From: Methanomassiliicoccales archaeon
GTDB taxonomy: Archaea; Thermoplasmatota; Thermoplasmata; Methanomassiliicoccales; UBA472
Assembly (NCBI GenBank): GCA_040765825.1
Contig: JAXGRO010000006.1
Span: 4,203-68,202 of the forward strand
DNA: 64,000 nt
Reading direction: 5' to 3'
Numbering within the stretch: the stretch's first letter is position 1; each line of letters opens with the position of its first letter. The notes below the pieces were generated by a model, which worked only from the letters and a program-made list of their open reading frames with translations, was not told where the DNA came from and made no database searches. The translations under genes were made by a program, and so were the position numbers. Below are positions 50,807 to 62,100 of this stretch, piece by piece.

Positions 50807-53611
50807 TCACTCGTCCCCGGAGCAGACGATGGTCTTCACCTTCTTCCGGCGGAAGTGCTTGTAGACCTCCATGACCGCCAGCAGGATCACGGCCGCCAGC
50901 AGCGTGGCCCCCCACTCCTGGAGGCTCACCGGCTCCACCCTCAGCACCTCCTGCATCAGGGGGATCTGCATGGCCAGGAGGTGCACGCCCTGGGCGGCCA
51001 GAACCCCGAACAGCAGGAAGCGGTTGCGGGAGATGGGCACGCGGAACGCCGACTCGGTCTCCGAGCGGCAGTTGAACACGTGCACGTTCTCCAGCATGAC
51101 CATCAGCAGGAAGACCATGTTGGTGGCCGCGAAGGCGGTGTACCCCCAGACCTCGTAGAGCAGGTAGAAGGCCGTGAAGGCCATCACGCCCATGGTCAGG
51201 GCGCTGATCAGCACCTGCTGCACCATCTGGCGGTTGAATATCCCTTCCGACGGGTCCCTGGGGGGCTGGCGCATCACCTTGGGGTCGCCGCCCTCCATGG
51301 CCAGGGCCACATGCTGTATGCCGTTGGTGACCACGTTGAGCCACAGCAGCTGGATGGCTATCAGCGGCAGTATCAGCACACCCTCGTCGGTGGTGACCCC
51401 GATGAACACCGCCAGCAGGAAGAGCACTATCTCCGCCGCGCCGGTGGACACCAGCAGGTAGGTGACCTTGCGGATGTTGTCGTAGGCGTATCGTCCTTCC
51501 TCCACCCCGGCCACGATGGACGCGAAGTTGTCGTCGGTGACGATGATGGAGGAGGTGTCCTTGGCCACGTCCGTTCCGGAGCCCATGGCCACCCCGATGT
51601 TGGCCTTGCGCATGGCCGGGGCATCGTTGACCCCGTCCCCGGTGACCGCGACGAAGTTACCGAGGCGGATAAGGGCGTCCACTATCTCCAGCTTCTGCAG
51701 GGGGGTCACCCTGGCGAAGACCTTGCTCCCGGCAACCTTGTCCAGGTAGGCGGGGACGCCGGGGTCCCCGATGGCCTCCAGATCCGCGCCGGTCACCACC
51801 TGCGAGCCGTCCTCGGCTATGGCCAGCTCCTTGGCAATGGCCAGGGCCGTGGCTGGATGGTCCCCGGTGACCATGACCACCTTGATGCCGGCGCAGCGGC
51901 AGCTCTCCACCGCCTCCCTGACCTCAGGGCGAGGCGGGTCGATGAGGCCTATCAGCCCCAGAAGGCACAGCTCCGGAAGCTCCTCCTCGGAGGCATGGTC
52001 GCTCTCCCCGGATGCGATGGCCAGTACGCGGTACCCCTCGGAGGCCATGGCCTCCCCGGCCTCCTTGACCTTGTGGGGATCGATGTCCCTGCGGCCCTCG
52101 GGGGTCATGATGCTCCGGCACTTTGGGAGAAGGGCCTCGATGGCCCCCTTGGCCGCCACGCCCGGCCGGCCATCCCGGCGGAAGTACTTGGCGGCGAACA
52201 TGCGCTCCGATTCGAAGGGCACGTCCAGCACCGTTTCCACCGCCGCCCTCTCCGCGCCGGGATCCAGGCCGGACTTGTAGGCCAGGGCCAGCAGGGCCAC
52301 GTCCACCGCGTCCCCGCTGCTCTCCCATCCGCTGTCCGTGCGCACCAGGGTCCCCTCGTTGCTCAGGGCCCCCGACAGTGCCAGCTCCCGGACCATCTTG
52401 GCGGCGGCCTCGTCCAGGCCCCCGCCGTCCTGGGCTGTGATATGGCCCTCGCCGTTGTATCCCTCGCCGCTCACCCGGTGCTCGACACCGTCTATCCAGA
52501 TCGCCCTGACCGTCTGCTTGTTGACGGTGAGGGTCCCGGTCTTGTCGCTGGCGATGCAGGTGCAGCTCCCCAGGCTCTCCACCGCCGCCAGACGGCGGGT
52601 TAGCACGTTACGCTTGGACATGCGGGTCACGCGAATGGCCAGGGCCACGGTCACCGCCACGGGCAGCCCCTCGGGTATGGCCGCCACGGCCAATGCCACG
52701 GATAGGAAGAAAACCTCCAGCAGGTCGATGCCCCGGAAGGTGGCTATCACGCCCAGCAGCACAGCTGCCCCCAGCATCAGATAGCTGACCTGCTTGGAGA
52801 ACTTCTCCAGGCGGATCAGCAGGGGGGGCTTGGCGCTCACGGTCTCGGTCACCGCCTGGGCGATGGTCCCGATCTCGGTGTTCGCGCCTATGCAGGCCAC
52901 CACGCCCACCCCGCGGCCGGTGGCCACGGTGGTTCCGGCAAAGGCCATGTTCCTTCGGTCGCCCACCACCGCGTCCGGCTCCACCTGCCCGGGGGACTTC
53001 TCCGCGGGCATGGACTCGCCGGTCAGCAGCGACTCGTCCACGCTCAGGTTGTTGGTGCTGACGAACAGCAGGTCCGCAGGCACCCGGTTTCCGGATTCCA
53101 GGAGCACTATGTCCCCCGGCACGAGCTCCTCCGCGGGGACCACGGTCTCCCGGCCGCCCCTTCTGACCCGGGCGGTGGTGCGCATAAGCTTTTGCAGCTG
53201 TTCCGCGCTCTTCTCCGCCTTGAGCTCTTGGACGCTGCCGATGACCGCGTTTATGAGCAGCACTATCATGATGAAGGCGGCGTCGGTGATGTCGTCCAAT
53301 AACAGCGATATCAGAGCTGCGGCCAGCAGCACGTATATCAGGGGGGACAGGAACTGCCTTAGGAAGACCTCCACCGCCCCGGGGGGCTTGCGGGAGGGCA
53401 GCTGGTTGGGCCCGAACTCGTTCCTGCGACGTTGCACCTCCTGACCGTCCAGGCCGTCCTTGCTCGCGCTCAGCTTGCCCAACGCCTCTTCAAGGCCCAA
53501 GGAGTGCCATTTCACCCTGGGGGCCCTGTTCTCATACACGCGCTCCCCGCCGTTCTTCCTGAAGTAGCGGGAGATGGTATGAGGGAATCTGGTGGTCTTA
53601 TCAGAACTCAT
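50807..53611 (-). CDS. P-type cation-transporting ATPase (type IIA, Ca2+/Mg2+-ATPase-like)
   Basis: DKTGTLT phosphorylation site, TGES, MVTGDHP, VTGDGVNDAPAM and about 10 TM segments. ATG at 53611 preferred over the ORF-track TTG at 53623. Confidence 0.9.
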   Translation of the reverse strand: MSSDKTTRFPHTISRYFRKNGGERVYENRAPRVKWHSLGLEEALGKLSASKDGLDGQEVQRRRNEFGPNQLPSRKPPGAVEVFLRQFLSPLIYVLLAAALISLLLDDITDAAFIMIVLLINAVIGSVQELKAEKSAEQLQKLMRTTARVRRGGRETVVPAEELVPGDIVLLESGNRVPADLLFVSTNNLSVDESLLTGESMPAEKSPGQVEPDAVVGDRRNMAFAGTTVATGRGVGVVACIGANTEIGTIAQAVTETVSAKPPLLIRLEKFSKQVSYLMLGAAVLLGVIATFRGIDLLEVFFLSVALAVAAIPEGLPVAVTVALAIRVTRMSKRNVLTRRLAAVESLGSCTCIASDKTGTLTVNKQTVRAIWIDGVEHRVSGEGYNGEGHITAQDGGGLDEAAAKMVRELALSGALSNEGTLVRTDSGWESSGDAVDVALLALAYKSGLDPGAERAAVETVLDVPFESERMFAAKYFRRDGRPGVAAKGAIEALLPKCRSIMTPEGRRDIDPHKVKEAGEAMASEGYRVLAIASGESDHASEEELPELCLLGLIGLIDPPRPEVREAVESCRCAGIKVVMVTGDHPATALAIAKELAIAEDGSQVVTGADLEAIGDPGVPAYLDKVAGSKVFARVTPLQKLEIVDALIRLGNFVAVTGDGVNDAPAMRKANIGVAMGSGTDVAKDTSSIIVTDDNFASIVAGVEEGRYAYDNIRKVTYLLVSTGAAEIVLFLLAVFIGVTTDEGVLILPLIAIQLLWLNVVTNGIQHVALAMEGGDPKVMRQPPRDPSEGIFNRQMVQQVLISALTMGVMAFTAFYLLYEVWGYTAFAATNMVFLLMVMLENVHVFNCRSETESAFRVPISRNRFLLFGVLAAQGVHLLAMQIPLMQEVLRVEPVSLQEWGATLLAAVILLAVMEVYKHFRRKKVKTIVCSGDE

Positions 53612-53766
53612 CTCTCCTCGCAACCCCTTTCCAGCCGGGCGTATAATATAGTTTTGTCGTTGTGGGCGCCCCCGTTTTTGCGACGATATTCCATCCCAGC
53701 AGGTGGGGATGATACAATTGTTTATATACGTCCTGTTGATTTGAAAGTTTTAGGAGACAGGTACAA

Positions 53767-54090
53767 ATGGTCACTGTAACCGATGAAGCCAGCAAGTACA
53801 TCGTTGATCTGATAGCCAAGAACGACAAGGCCGGATACGGCATCAGGATCTACCTGGCCGGCATGGGATGTTCCGGCGCCCAGTTCGGGATGTCCTTCCA
53901 GAAGGACCCCAAGGAGGGGGACCTCGAGCAGAAGTTGGATGGATTCTCCGTTTACTACGACGAGGAGACCAAGGAGGTCCTGGACGCCTGCACCGTGGAC
54001 TTCGTGGAGACCCCGTACGGTTCCGGCCTGGTGGTCAACAACCCCAACGCCACCAGCAGCTGCGGTTCCTGCGGCGGCGGATGCCACTAA
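53767..54090 (+). CDS. HesB/IscA-family iron-sulfur cluster insertion protein
   Basis: 107 aa. GYGIRIYLAGMGCSGAQFGMSF and the C-terminal CGSCGGGC match the A-type carrier Cys pattern. Confidence 0.85.
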   Translation: MVTVTDEASKYIVDLIAKNDKAGYGIRIYLAGMGCSGAQFGMSFQKDPKEGDLEQKLDGFSVYYDEETKEVLDACTVDFVETPYGSGLVVNNPNATSSCGSCGGGCH

Positions 54091-54142
54091 ACCCCCCACC
54101 AACCCCCTTTCCTTTTAATTATCCAGTCGTAGATTACCAATC

Positions 54143-55708
54143 GTGTATTATGAGCACCCCCTGATACAGCCGCAATGCGTGCAGCAGCGCGACTACCAGG
54201 TGGAGCTGGCCCGGCGGGCCGCAAGGTCCTCCACCCTGCTGGTGCTGCCCACCGGACTGGGGAAGACCGTGGTGGCGGCCATGGTCATCGCCAAGGTGCT
54301 GCAGGAGAAGGGCGGAAAGGTGCTGTTCCTGGCCCCCACCCGTCCCCTGGTGGAGCAGCACCATCGCTCCATGGAGGGGATGATCAGGGGGAAGCGCATA
54401 GGCATGATGACCGGCGAGGTGGACCCCCTGGAGAGGGAGCTGGTCTTCCTGGAGAGCGACATTGTCACCTCCACCCCGCAGGTGGTGGCCAACGACCTGA
54501 AGAACGGCCGCCTGGACCTCTCCAAGGTTAAGCTGATCGTTTTCGACGAGGCCCATCGGGCGGTGGGCAACTACGCCTACGTGGACGTGGCCAGGGCCTA
54601 CCTGGAGTACGACGGCCTGGTCCTGGGGATGACCGCGTCCCCCGGCAGTGACAAGGCCAAGGTCCAGGAGGTGTGCCGGAACCTTAACATCCAGGACATA
54701 GAGGTCCGCACGGAGCGCGACCCGGACGTGGCCAAGTACGTCCAGTCCGTGCACATGGACTGGGTGGAGGTGGAGCTGCCTCCGGAGATGAAGGCCCTCT
54801 CCCAGTCCATCCACAAGCTCTACGAGCAGTACCTGCGCGAACTGGTGGACCTGGGGGTGGTGGACAAGGACCGGGTGCTGAACAAGCGCTACCTGCTGGA
54901 GATGGCCGCCACCTGGCAGGCCCGGCTGCGCGGCGGGGAGAAGAGCAGGGCGCTGTACAAGGCCATAAGCGCCCAGGCCAAGGCGGTGAAGGTGGAGCAC
55001 GCCCTGGACCTGGTGGAGACCCAGGGCATGTCCTCGCTGCGGGCCTACCTGGAGCGCCTGAAGGATGAGGCGTCCTCTGACGCCGGCTCCAAGGCCTCCC
55101 GGGACATCGTCTCCTCGGAACACTTCCAGAGGATCTGGGAGCAGGCCCTGGCGGTGAAGGCCGAGCATCCCAAGCTCTCCCGGGTCATGGGGGTGGTGGC
55201 CAGGCAGCTGGCGGAGAGCCCCACCTCCCGGGTGCTGGTCTTCACCCACTACCGCGACACCTGCGACCTGGTGGCCAACAAGCTGGGCAAGGTGGAGGAG
55301 GCCAGGGTGGCCAAGCTGGTGGGGCAGTCGGACCGCAAGGGGGAGAAGGGGCTGCGCCAGAAGGAGCAGGTGGGCGTGCTGGAGCGGTTCCGGCAGGGTG
55401 AGTTCAACGTGCTGGTGGCGACGTCGGTCGGCGAGGAGGGCCTGGATGTGGCCAGCACCGACCTGGTGGTGTTCTATGAGCCGGTGCCGTCAGAGATCCG
55501 CAGCATACAGCGCCGCGGGCGCACCGGCCGCTCCCGCGCGGGCAAGGTGGTCATCCTGATCACCAAGGACACCAGGGACGAGGCCTACTACTACTCGTCG
55601 CTCAACAAGGAGAAGAGCATGCGCCGCCGCCTGGAGACCATGAAGGCCGAGCTGGCGCCTGAGACCCCGGGCAGGGAGCCGGGGCAGCGCACCCTGGGCG
55701 ACTTCTGA
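54143..55708 (+). CDS. Hef/FANCM-like SF2 helicase (helicase domains only, no ERCC4 nuclease domain)
   Basis: RDYQ, Walker A PTGLGKT, DEAH box VFDEAHRAV, an inserted helical domain, and motif VI QRRGRTGR. At 521 aa it ends shortly after motif VI. GTG start. Confidence 0.75.
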   Translation: MYYEHPLIQPQCVQQRDYQVELARRAARSSTLLVLPTGLGKTVVAAMVIAKVLQEKGGKVLFLAPTRPLVEQHHRSMEGMIRGKRIGMMTGEVDPLERELVFLESDIVTSTPQVVANDLKNGRLDLSKVKLIVFDEAHRAVGNYAYVDVARAYLEYDGLVLGMTASPGSDKAKVQEVCRNLNIQDIEVRTERDPDVAKYVQSVHMDWVEVELPPEMKALSQSIHKLYEQYLRELVDLGVVDKDRVLNKRYLLEMAATWQARLRGGEKSRALYKAISAQAKAVKVEHALDLVETQGMSSLRAYLERLKDEASSDAGSKASRDIVSSEHFQRIWEQALAVKAEHPKLSRVMGVVARQLAESPTSRVLVFTHYRDTCDLVANKLGKVEEARVAKLVGQSDRKGEKGLRQKEQVGVLERFRQGEFNVLVATSVGEEGLDVASTDLVVFYEPVPSEIRSIQRRGRTGRSRAGKVVILITKDTRDEAYYYSSLNKEKSMRRRLETMKAELAPETPGREPGQRTLGDF

Positions 55709-55741
55709 GCAATTAAATAATCGCGAGTCGTTGGCATAGCT

Positions 55742-57499
55742 ATGCTGTTCCGGGAACTGGCCGACACCTACGAGAGGTTGGAGGCCACCTCCTCCAGGCT
55801 GGAGATGACCGACATCCTGGCGGAGGCCTTCCGCCGCTTCGATCCCTCGGAGATCGGGATGGCGGTGTACCTTACCCAGGGGCAGCTGTACCCGGACTTC
55901 AACCCCCTCAAGCTGGGCATGGCCGACAAGATGATACTCAAGGCCATCTCCTTCGCCTCCGGGATGGCCGAGGCCAGGGTCCAGGAGCTGATGCTGAAGG
56001 AGGGGGACCCCGGGCTGGTGGCCCAGATCGCCTTCCAGAACAGGAAGCAGACCACCCTGTTCTCCGAGCCGCTGACCCTGCGCCGGGCCTACCAGACCCT
56101 GGAATCGATTGCCAGGGCGGAGGGCAACGGTTCCATGGACATGAAGATCAAGCTCATGTCCAAGCTGCTCAGCGACGCCTCGTCCTCGGAGGCCAAGTTC
56201 CTCTCCCGGGTGATCACCGGCCGCATGCGCCTGGGGGTCTCCTCCATGACCGTGCTGGACGCCCTGGCGGTGGCCTTCGCCTCCAAGGAGGACCGGGATG
56301 CCGTGGAGAGGGCCTTCAACGTCTCCTCGGACCTGGGGCTGGTGGCCGAGGAGATGGCCCTGCACGGCCTCGAGGGCGTCCGGGGGATACATGTGCAGGT
56401 GAACCGCCCGCTGCGGGCCATGCTGGCCGAGCGCATGTCCTCGCCGGAGGAGATACTGGAGAAGATGGGGGGCACCTGCGCCTTCGAGTACAAGTACGAC
56501 GGCGTGCGCCTCCAGGCGCACGTTTGCAAGGGGGAGGTCCGCCTCTTCTCCCGCAAGCTGGACGAGCTGACCTCGCAGTTCCCGGACGTGGTGGCCGGCC
56601 TGAAGCGCACAGTGCGCGCCGACAGCGCCATCCTGGAGGGGGAGTGCGTGCCGGTGGACCTGAACACCGGGGAGTTCCTGCCCTTCCAGGAGGTCTCCCA
56701 CCGCCGCGGACGGAAGTACGGGGTCAAGGAGGCCATCGAGGACTACCCGGTCAAGCTTTGCCTGTTCGACTGCATCCTGAAGGACGGCGAGGACCTCACC
56801 GACCGGCCGTTCCTGCAGCGCAGGGAGGCCCTCTCCTCCCTGGTCACCCCGGATGATTCTGTGGCCCTGTCGGAGATCCGGGTGCTCTCCTCCGCCGAGG
56901 AGGCCCAGGCATTCTTCCAGGAGGCCATAAAGGACGGGTGCGAGGGGCTCATGGCCAAGTCGGTGGCCGACAGCTCCGTGTACAGGGCCGGCAACCGCGG
57001 CTTCCTGTGGATCAAGTACAAGAAGGAGTACCGCTCGGAGATGAACGACACCGTGGACCTGGCGGTGGTGGGGGCCTTCGCCGGTCGGGGGAAGCGCAAG
57101 GGGTTCTACGGGGCATTGCTCATGGCCACTTACGATACGGCCACGGACACCTTCCAGACCGTGTCCAAGCTGGGCTCGGGCTTCGACGACGCGAACCTGG
57201 CGGCCCTGGTGGAGATGCTGGCCCCGGACCGGCTGGGAGAACGGCATCATCTGGTGGACTCCAAGATGACCGCCGACTACTGGTTCCAGCCCCGTCTGGT
57301 GCTGGAGGTGCGCGGGGCGGAGATCACGCTCTCCCCGATACACACCTGCTCCTTCGGGGCCGTGCGCCCGGACTCCGGGCTGGCCATACGGTTCCCCAGG
57401 TTCACCGGGCGCTTCCGTGAGGACAAGGAGGGGCGGGAGGCCACCACCAGCCAGGAGCTGCTGTCCATGTACCAGGCCCAGCTCAAGCGCGTGGAGTGA
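55742..57499 (+). CDS. lig: ATP-dependent DNA ligase
   Basis: Adenylation motif FEYKYDGVR, with EGECV, LFDCI, EGLMAK, WIKYK and an OB-fold C-terminal domain. 585 aa. Confidence 0.9.
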   Translation: MLFRELADTYERLEATSSRLEMTDILAEAFRRFDPSEIGMAVYLTQGQLYPDFNPLKLGMADKMILKAISFASGMAEARVQELMLKEGDPGLVAQIAFQNRKQTTLFSEPLTLRRAYQTLESIARAEGNGSMDMKIKLMSKLLSDASSSEAKFLSRVITGRMRLGVSSMTVLDALAVAFASKEDRDAVERAFNVSSDLGLVAEEMALHGLEGVRGIHVQVNRPLRAMLAERMSSPEEILEKMGGTCAFEYKYDGVRLQAHVCKGEVRLFSRKLDELTSQFPDVVAGLKRTVRADSAILEGECVPVDLNTGEFLPFQEVSHRRGRKYGVKEAIEDYPVKLCLFDCILKDGEDLTDRPFLQRREALSSLVTPDDSVALSEIRVLSSAEEAQAFFQEAIKDGCEGLMAKSVADSSVYRAGNRGFLWIKYKKEYRSEMNDTVDLAVVGAFAGRGKRKGFYGALLMATYDTATDTFQTVSKLGSGFDDANLAALVEMLAPDRLGERHHLVDSKMTADYWFQPRLVLEVRGAEITLSPIHTCSFGAVRPDSGLAIRFPRFTGRFREDKEGREATTSQELLSMYQAQLKRVE

Positions 57500-57509
57500 T
57501 GTCAAAAGG

Positions 57510-57516
57510 TTTATAG
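57510..57516 (+). promoter_or_regulatory. TATA-like element upstream of rpoL
   Basis: TTTATAG lies 25-31 nt upstream of the ATG at 57541, implying a leaderless or short-leader transcript. Confidence 0.35.
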
Positions 57517-57540
57517 CCCCCTCCCATATTGGTCCAATCC

Positions 57541-57816
57541 ATGGAGATCGAGCTCTTAGAGAAGGAAAAGGACTCCATCAAGGTCCGCATCATCGGAGCG
57601 GACATGACCTTGATCACCCCCTTGGTGCAGGGGCTGTTGGAGGACAAGGACGTGGCCGAGGTCAAGTACACCATCGGGCACAGCCAGATGGAGGACCCCA
57701 CCCTCTACATCCGGGTCAAGACCGGAAAGCCCCAGTCGGCCCTTAAGAAGACCGCGAAGGCCCTGACCAACGAGTTCAAGGAGGCCAGGGAAGCTTTGCA
57801 GAAGGACCTGAAGTAA
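57541..57816 (+). CDS. rpoL: DNA-directed RNA polymerase subunit L (Rpo11)
   Basis: About 91 aa. MEIELLEKEKDSIKVRIIGADMTLITPLVQGLLED..V....Y.I.H......LYI.. follows the RpoL pattern (E.HTL.N.L). ATG at 57541 preferred over the TTG at 57529. Confidence 0.75.
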   Translation: MEIELLEKEKDSIKVRIIGADMTLITPLVQGLLEDKDVAEVKYTIGHSQMEDPTLYIRVKTGKPQSALKKTAKALTNEFKEAREALQKDLK

Positions 57817-57821
57817 TTTTC

Positions 57822-59123
57822 ATGGTGCAGCCCAGCGGAGACCGCGAGCGGGACATCGGCCTGGAGGTTTTTTACTCGGACACCGCCGGGAGCGGCGGGA
57901 AGCTCAAGGCCGAGCCCGAGGACTTCGTGGTGGACGAGGTCTCCAAGTACCCTCCGGCCAAGCCCGAGGGAAAGGTGTGCGTGGCCCGGGTCACCGCCAC
58001 CAACTGGGAGACCAACCGCCTGGTGCGGCACATGTCCAAGGCCCTGGGCATCTCCCGCAACCGCATCGGGTTCGCCGGAACCAAGGACAAGAGGGCGGTG
58101 ACCGCCCAGCTGATGTCCTTCGAGGCCCCGGTCGAGGAGGTCATGGCCCTGCGCCTTTCGCAGGTCCTGATCGAGGACGGATACATGGCCAAGAGGGGAA
58201 TGACCATCGGGGACCTGGTCGGCAACAACTTCAGAATAAGGGTCCGGGAGACCCGCCTCAGGGGCGGGGACCTCAGGGACTCGCTGCAGGGGACCGAGGA
58301 GGCCCTGCGCTCGCTGAACGGCTTCCCCAACTACTTCGGGGTTCAGCGCTTCGGAACCGTGCGTCCGGTCACCCACCTGGTCGGAAGGGCCATAGTCAAG
58401 GGGGACCTGGAGGCCGCGGTGCTGCTTTACATTGGAAATCCGAGCGAGGAGGAGGACGAGCGGTCCAGGGCGGCCCGCGAGGCCCTGCAGAGGGACCGGG
58501 ACTACACCGCCGCGCTGCGGGACTTCCCGCACAAGCTGACCTTCGAGCGCATGGTCATCGGATTCCTGGAGCGCAACCCGGGGGACTTCGCCGGGGCCAT
58601 ATGCGTGCTGCCGACCAACCTGCAGATGATGTTCGTGCACGCCTACCAGTCATACCTGTTCAACCTCATGCTCTCGGAGAGGATGCGCCGGGGAATGCCG
58701 CTGAACGCCCCGAGCGTGGGCGACATCGTGCTTCCGGCGGACAGGGACGGCAATCCGGACCACGACAAGCCGGTGCCGGTCACCGGGACCAACATCGACC
58801 TGGTGGAGAGGCAGGTCAGGGACCGCCGGGCGTTCATCTCGGCCACTCTCTTCGGCTCCGAATCCGTGCTCGCGGAGGGAGAGATGGGGAAGATAGAACG
58901 CCAGGCCATCCAGAGGGAGGGACTGCGCCCGGAGGACTTCCTGGTGCCTGCGATACCGCACTGCTCCTCCCGGGGCTCCCGCAGGGAGCTGATATGCGAG
59001 TATCGCGACCTGAGGCTGGACGTGGGAGAGGACGGGTACACCGCCTCCTTCTTCCTGGGGAAGGGCTGCTACGCCACCGTCCTCCTTAGGGAGTTCATGA
59101 AGTCGGACCTGGACGAGTACTGA
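57822..59123 (+). CDS. truD: tRNA pseudouridine synthase TruD/Pus7 family
   Basis: PEDFVVDEV, the catalytic FAGTKDKRAVT motif and NYFG.QRFG. Confidence 0.85.
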   Translation: MVQPSGDRERDIGLEVFYSDTAGSGGKLKAEPEDFVVDEVSKYPPAKPEGKVCVARVTATNWETNRLVRHMSKALGISRNRIGFAGTKDKRAVTAQLMSFEAPVEEVMALRLSQVLIEDGYMAKRGMTIGDLVGNNFRIRVRETRLRGGDLRDSLQGTEEALRSLNGFPNYFGVQRFGTVRPVTHLVGRAIVKGDLEAAVLLYIGNPSEEEDERSRAAREALQRDRDYTAALRDFPHKLTFERMVIGFLERNPGDFAGAICVLPTNLQMMFVHAYQSYLFNLMLSERMRRGMPLNAPSVGDIVLPADRDGNPDHDKPVPVTGTNIDLVERQVRDRRAFISATLFGSESVLAEGEMGKIERQAIQREGLRPEDFLVPAIPHCSSRGSRRELICEYRDLRLDVGEDGYTASFFLGKGCYATVLLREFMKSDLDEY

Positions 59124-62100
59124 TCACAGTCGGCTCCAGTCCCGCTCCTCCGGTTCGGAGGGCGCGGGCGGTTCCCCGGCATCGACCCTCTCCCCCTTCT
59201 TCGGCGCCTTGCCCCCGAGGACGAAGCCGCAGCGCGGGCACTTCTCCCCGGCCTGGCACTCCTTGCAGAGCATGCTGCCGCAGTTGGGGCATGCCGACAC
59301 CGCCAGGCCGCCATGGAACAGGCAGCGCCGGCCCTGCAGGTCATCCTTCTTCTCCGTCCTCTTCTCCTCCTTGGGCGGATAGAATGTATCGTATAGATCG
59401 CGCTCCTCCTGGCCGAAGAGACGCACCCCGTCCTTCTCGTAGCGGTCGGTGGACGTCCGCTCGTCGGGCAGCATGACCGCGTCGACCTTGGGCTGCCTCT
59501 TGCGCTTGGGCGCCTCCACGAACAGGTCGTCGGAGCTGCGCTGCGCCGGGGGGGCCCTCTGCCCCTTGGAGCGGGGCATGGGCACCGGCCGCTCCCCGGC
59601 CTTCAGGGAGTTCATGATGGCGATTATGTTGCGGGCCTTGTACACCCCGATGCTCAGCCCCTCCATGAGCGCGAACAGGTTGCGCTTCTCCTCCGGCATG
59701 TTCAGGGCGGTGCGAAGAAGCCGTTCCGTCTCCTCGTCCGGCAGGACGTAGGTGAAGTCGATGTCGTTCACCCCCTCGATGTATCCGAGCACGCGCTTGG
59801 CCCGGGCGATGTTGCGCTCCGGCAGCGACGAATATACGTCCGCCAGGGACATGCCCCCCTGCCCGCTCCGCGCCGAGCGATAGTAGGTGAGCAGGGCGGT
59901 GCGGGACTGCATCTCCAGGGAGGCGAACTCCTCCTCGGAGAGCTGCGCGGGATCCACGTACTCCCGCTGGTCGATGAAGTTGAACACATCGTCCAGCATC
60001 TGATAGGGAACGTTCACCTCCCGGAACACCTCCTCCTTGCTCAGACGCCGGCCGTTCCGGAACTGGTATTCCAGCACCTTCCCGGCCATGTCCGCCACGT
60101 CCTTCTCCCGCTGCTTGCCCTCGGCGATCCTCAGGCCCTCATGTGCCGAGGACAGGTTGGGGCTCAGCTCCAGGGCCTTCTCGAAGCCCCGGCGGGCCTG
60201 GTCGTAGCGGCCCAGCCGCAGCAGGGCGAAGCCCTTCCCGTTCCAGGCCGCGGGGTCGCTCGGATCGAGTCCGATGGCGTTGTCGTAGCTCTTCAGGACC
60301 TCCTCGTCCCTCTTCAGCTTCTCCGTGATGTCCGCCCTCTCCATCCAAGCATGGCGGTTGCGCGGATCGGCGGCCAGCGAGCGGTCCAGCAGCTCCAGGG
60401 CCCGGCCCTGGTTGCCCATGCGGTCCTCCAGCAGGGCCATGCCCTCCAGCACGCTCGGTTCCTCCGGCTCCATGGCCAGGGCCTTCTCGTAGGAGTCCAT
60501 GGCGTCCTCCAGCCGGCCCAGCTCCTCCATGACCCGGCCGCGCATCTTGTAGATGGCGAACTCGTCGGCCCCCAGCTCCAGCGCGCGGTTGAAGCTGACC
60601 ATGGCGTTCTCCATCTCCCCCAGGCGGTACAGGGCGTTGCCCTTGTACTTCCAGGTCTGGGCATCGCCCCGGTCCAGGGAGAGGGCCTTGTCGAAGGCCT
60701 CCACCGCATCGTCCAGGCGGTTCAGGGAGGCCAGGGCGCGTCCGCGGTCGCTGTGGTAGCGGGCCACGGTGCTGTCCTGCCCGATGCACTGGTCGAACAC
60801 GTTCAGCGCCAGGTCGTAATTGCGCATCATGAGCAGGGCCCGCCCCTTGTTGGCCAGGGCCTCCAAGTCGTGGTCCAGACGGAAGGCCATGTCATAGGCC
60901 TCGCTGGCCTCCCCGTACTTGCCGAGGGACATGAGCACCCGGCCCCTGCCCTTGTGCATCTGGGCGTCCGACTCGTCGAGCATGATGGCCGCGGAGAAGG
61001 TGGACAGGGCCTCCTCCAGCCTGCCCAGCTTCTCCAGGGCGGTGGCCTTGTCCATGAGGGCGGCCTTGTTGCGCGGGTCCAGGCGCAAGATGTCCTCGCA
61101 GACCTTCACGATCTCCGCGGGATCGCCCTTGGCCACCACCGCGTTGCGCTTCATCTGCTGCACCTGCATGTCCCCGGGCTCCACCTCCAGGGCATGATCG
61201 TACGAGCGTATGGCCTCCTGGTGGTTATTCAGGCGGAACTGGGCCTGCCCGCGGTCCACCCAGGCGGACCTGTTCTTCGGTTCCAGCTTGATTATGCGGT
61301 CGCACACCTTCACGATGTCCTCGTAGCGGCCCAGGGTCTTCAGGCTGGACTTCTTGGAGGCCAGGACCTCCAGGTCCTTGGGCCCCATCTCCAGGGCCTT
61401 GTCGAAGGAGGCCACCGCCTCGTCGTGCCGGGAGAGCTTGGCCAGCACCTGCCCGCGGCGGGCGTGCACGAAGCGGCCCTCCTTGTCCAGGGCCAAGGCC
61501 TGGTCGTAGCAGGCCAGGGCCTCCTCGAACCTCTCCAGCCATTCCAGGGATATTCCCTTGCTGATCCAGATGTTCTTGTTCTTGGCGTCCAGGGCCAGGG
61601 CCTGATCGTAGCAGACCACCGCCTCCTCGAAGCGCCTCAGGCTCTCCAGGCTCAACCCCTTCTGGTAGAGCAGTTTCTGATCCTGCGGGGATATGGCGAT
61701 GGCCCGGTCGTAGGCCTTGACCGCCTCCTCGAAGCGCTTGAGCATGAACAGGGAATCGCCCTGTATGCGCCAGAAAACTATCTGTCCAGGGTCGTGAAGG
61801 GCGCCCTGCGCCGATCTGGCCAGAGCCTCATCGTACTTCTCCAGGGAGAACAGGGCGATGGATATGCCCTTGGAGGCGTCCACGTCGTTGTGGTCGATGG
61901 TCAGCACCTGCGCGTAGAGGGCGATGGCCTCCTCCTTGCGGTCCAGGCGGTCCAATGCCACAGCCTTATCGAACATGGCGACCTTGTCGTTCGGGCGCAG
62001 GCGCAGCAGCCGATCGCTGACCTCCACCACGTCCTTGTCCCTCTCGGCCCTCTTGTAGCATTCCCGGAGCAGGTCCAGCATCTCCGGGTCCTCGGGATGG

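Noticed and set aside
55490-57505. 671-aa minus-strand ORF antisense to DNA ligase; similar long shadows at 25336-26670, 21517-23079, 40184-41167 and 50786-52603
   Set aside because: All are low-complexity G/R/P/H/L-rich translations opposite genes with clear catalytic motifs. They are treated as shadow ORFs.
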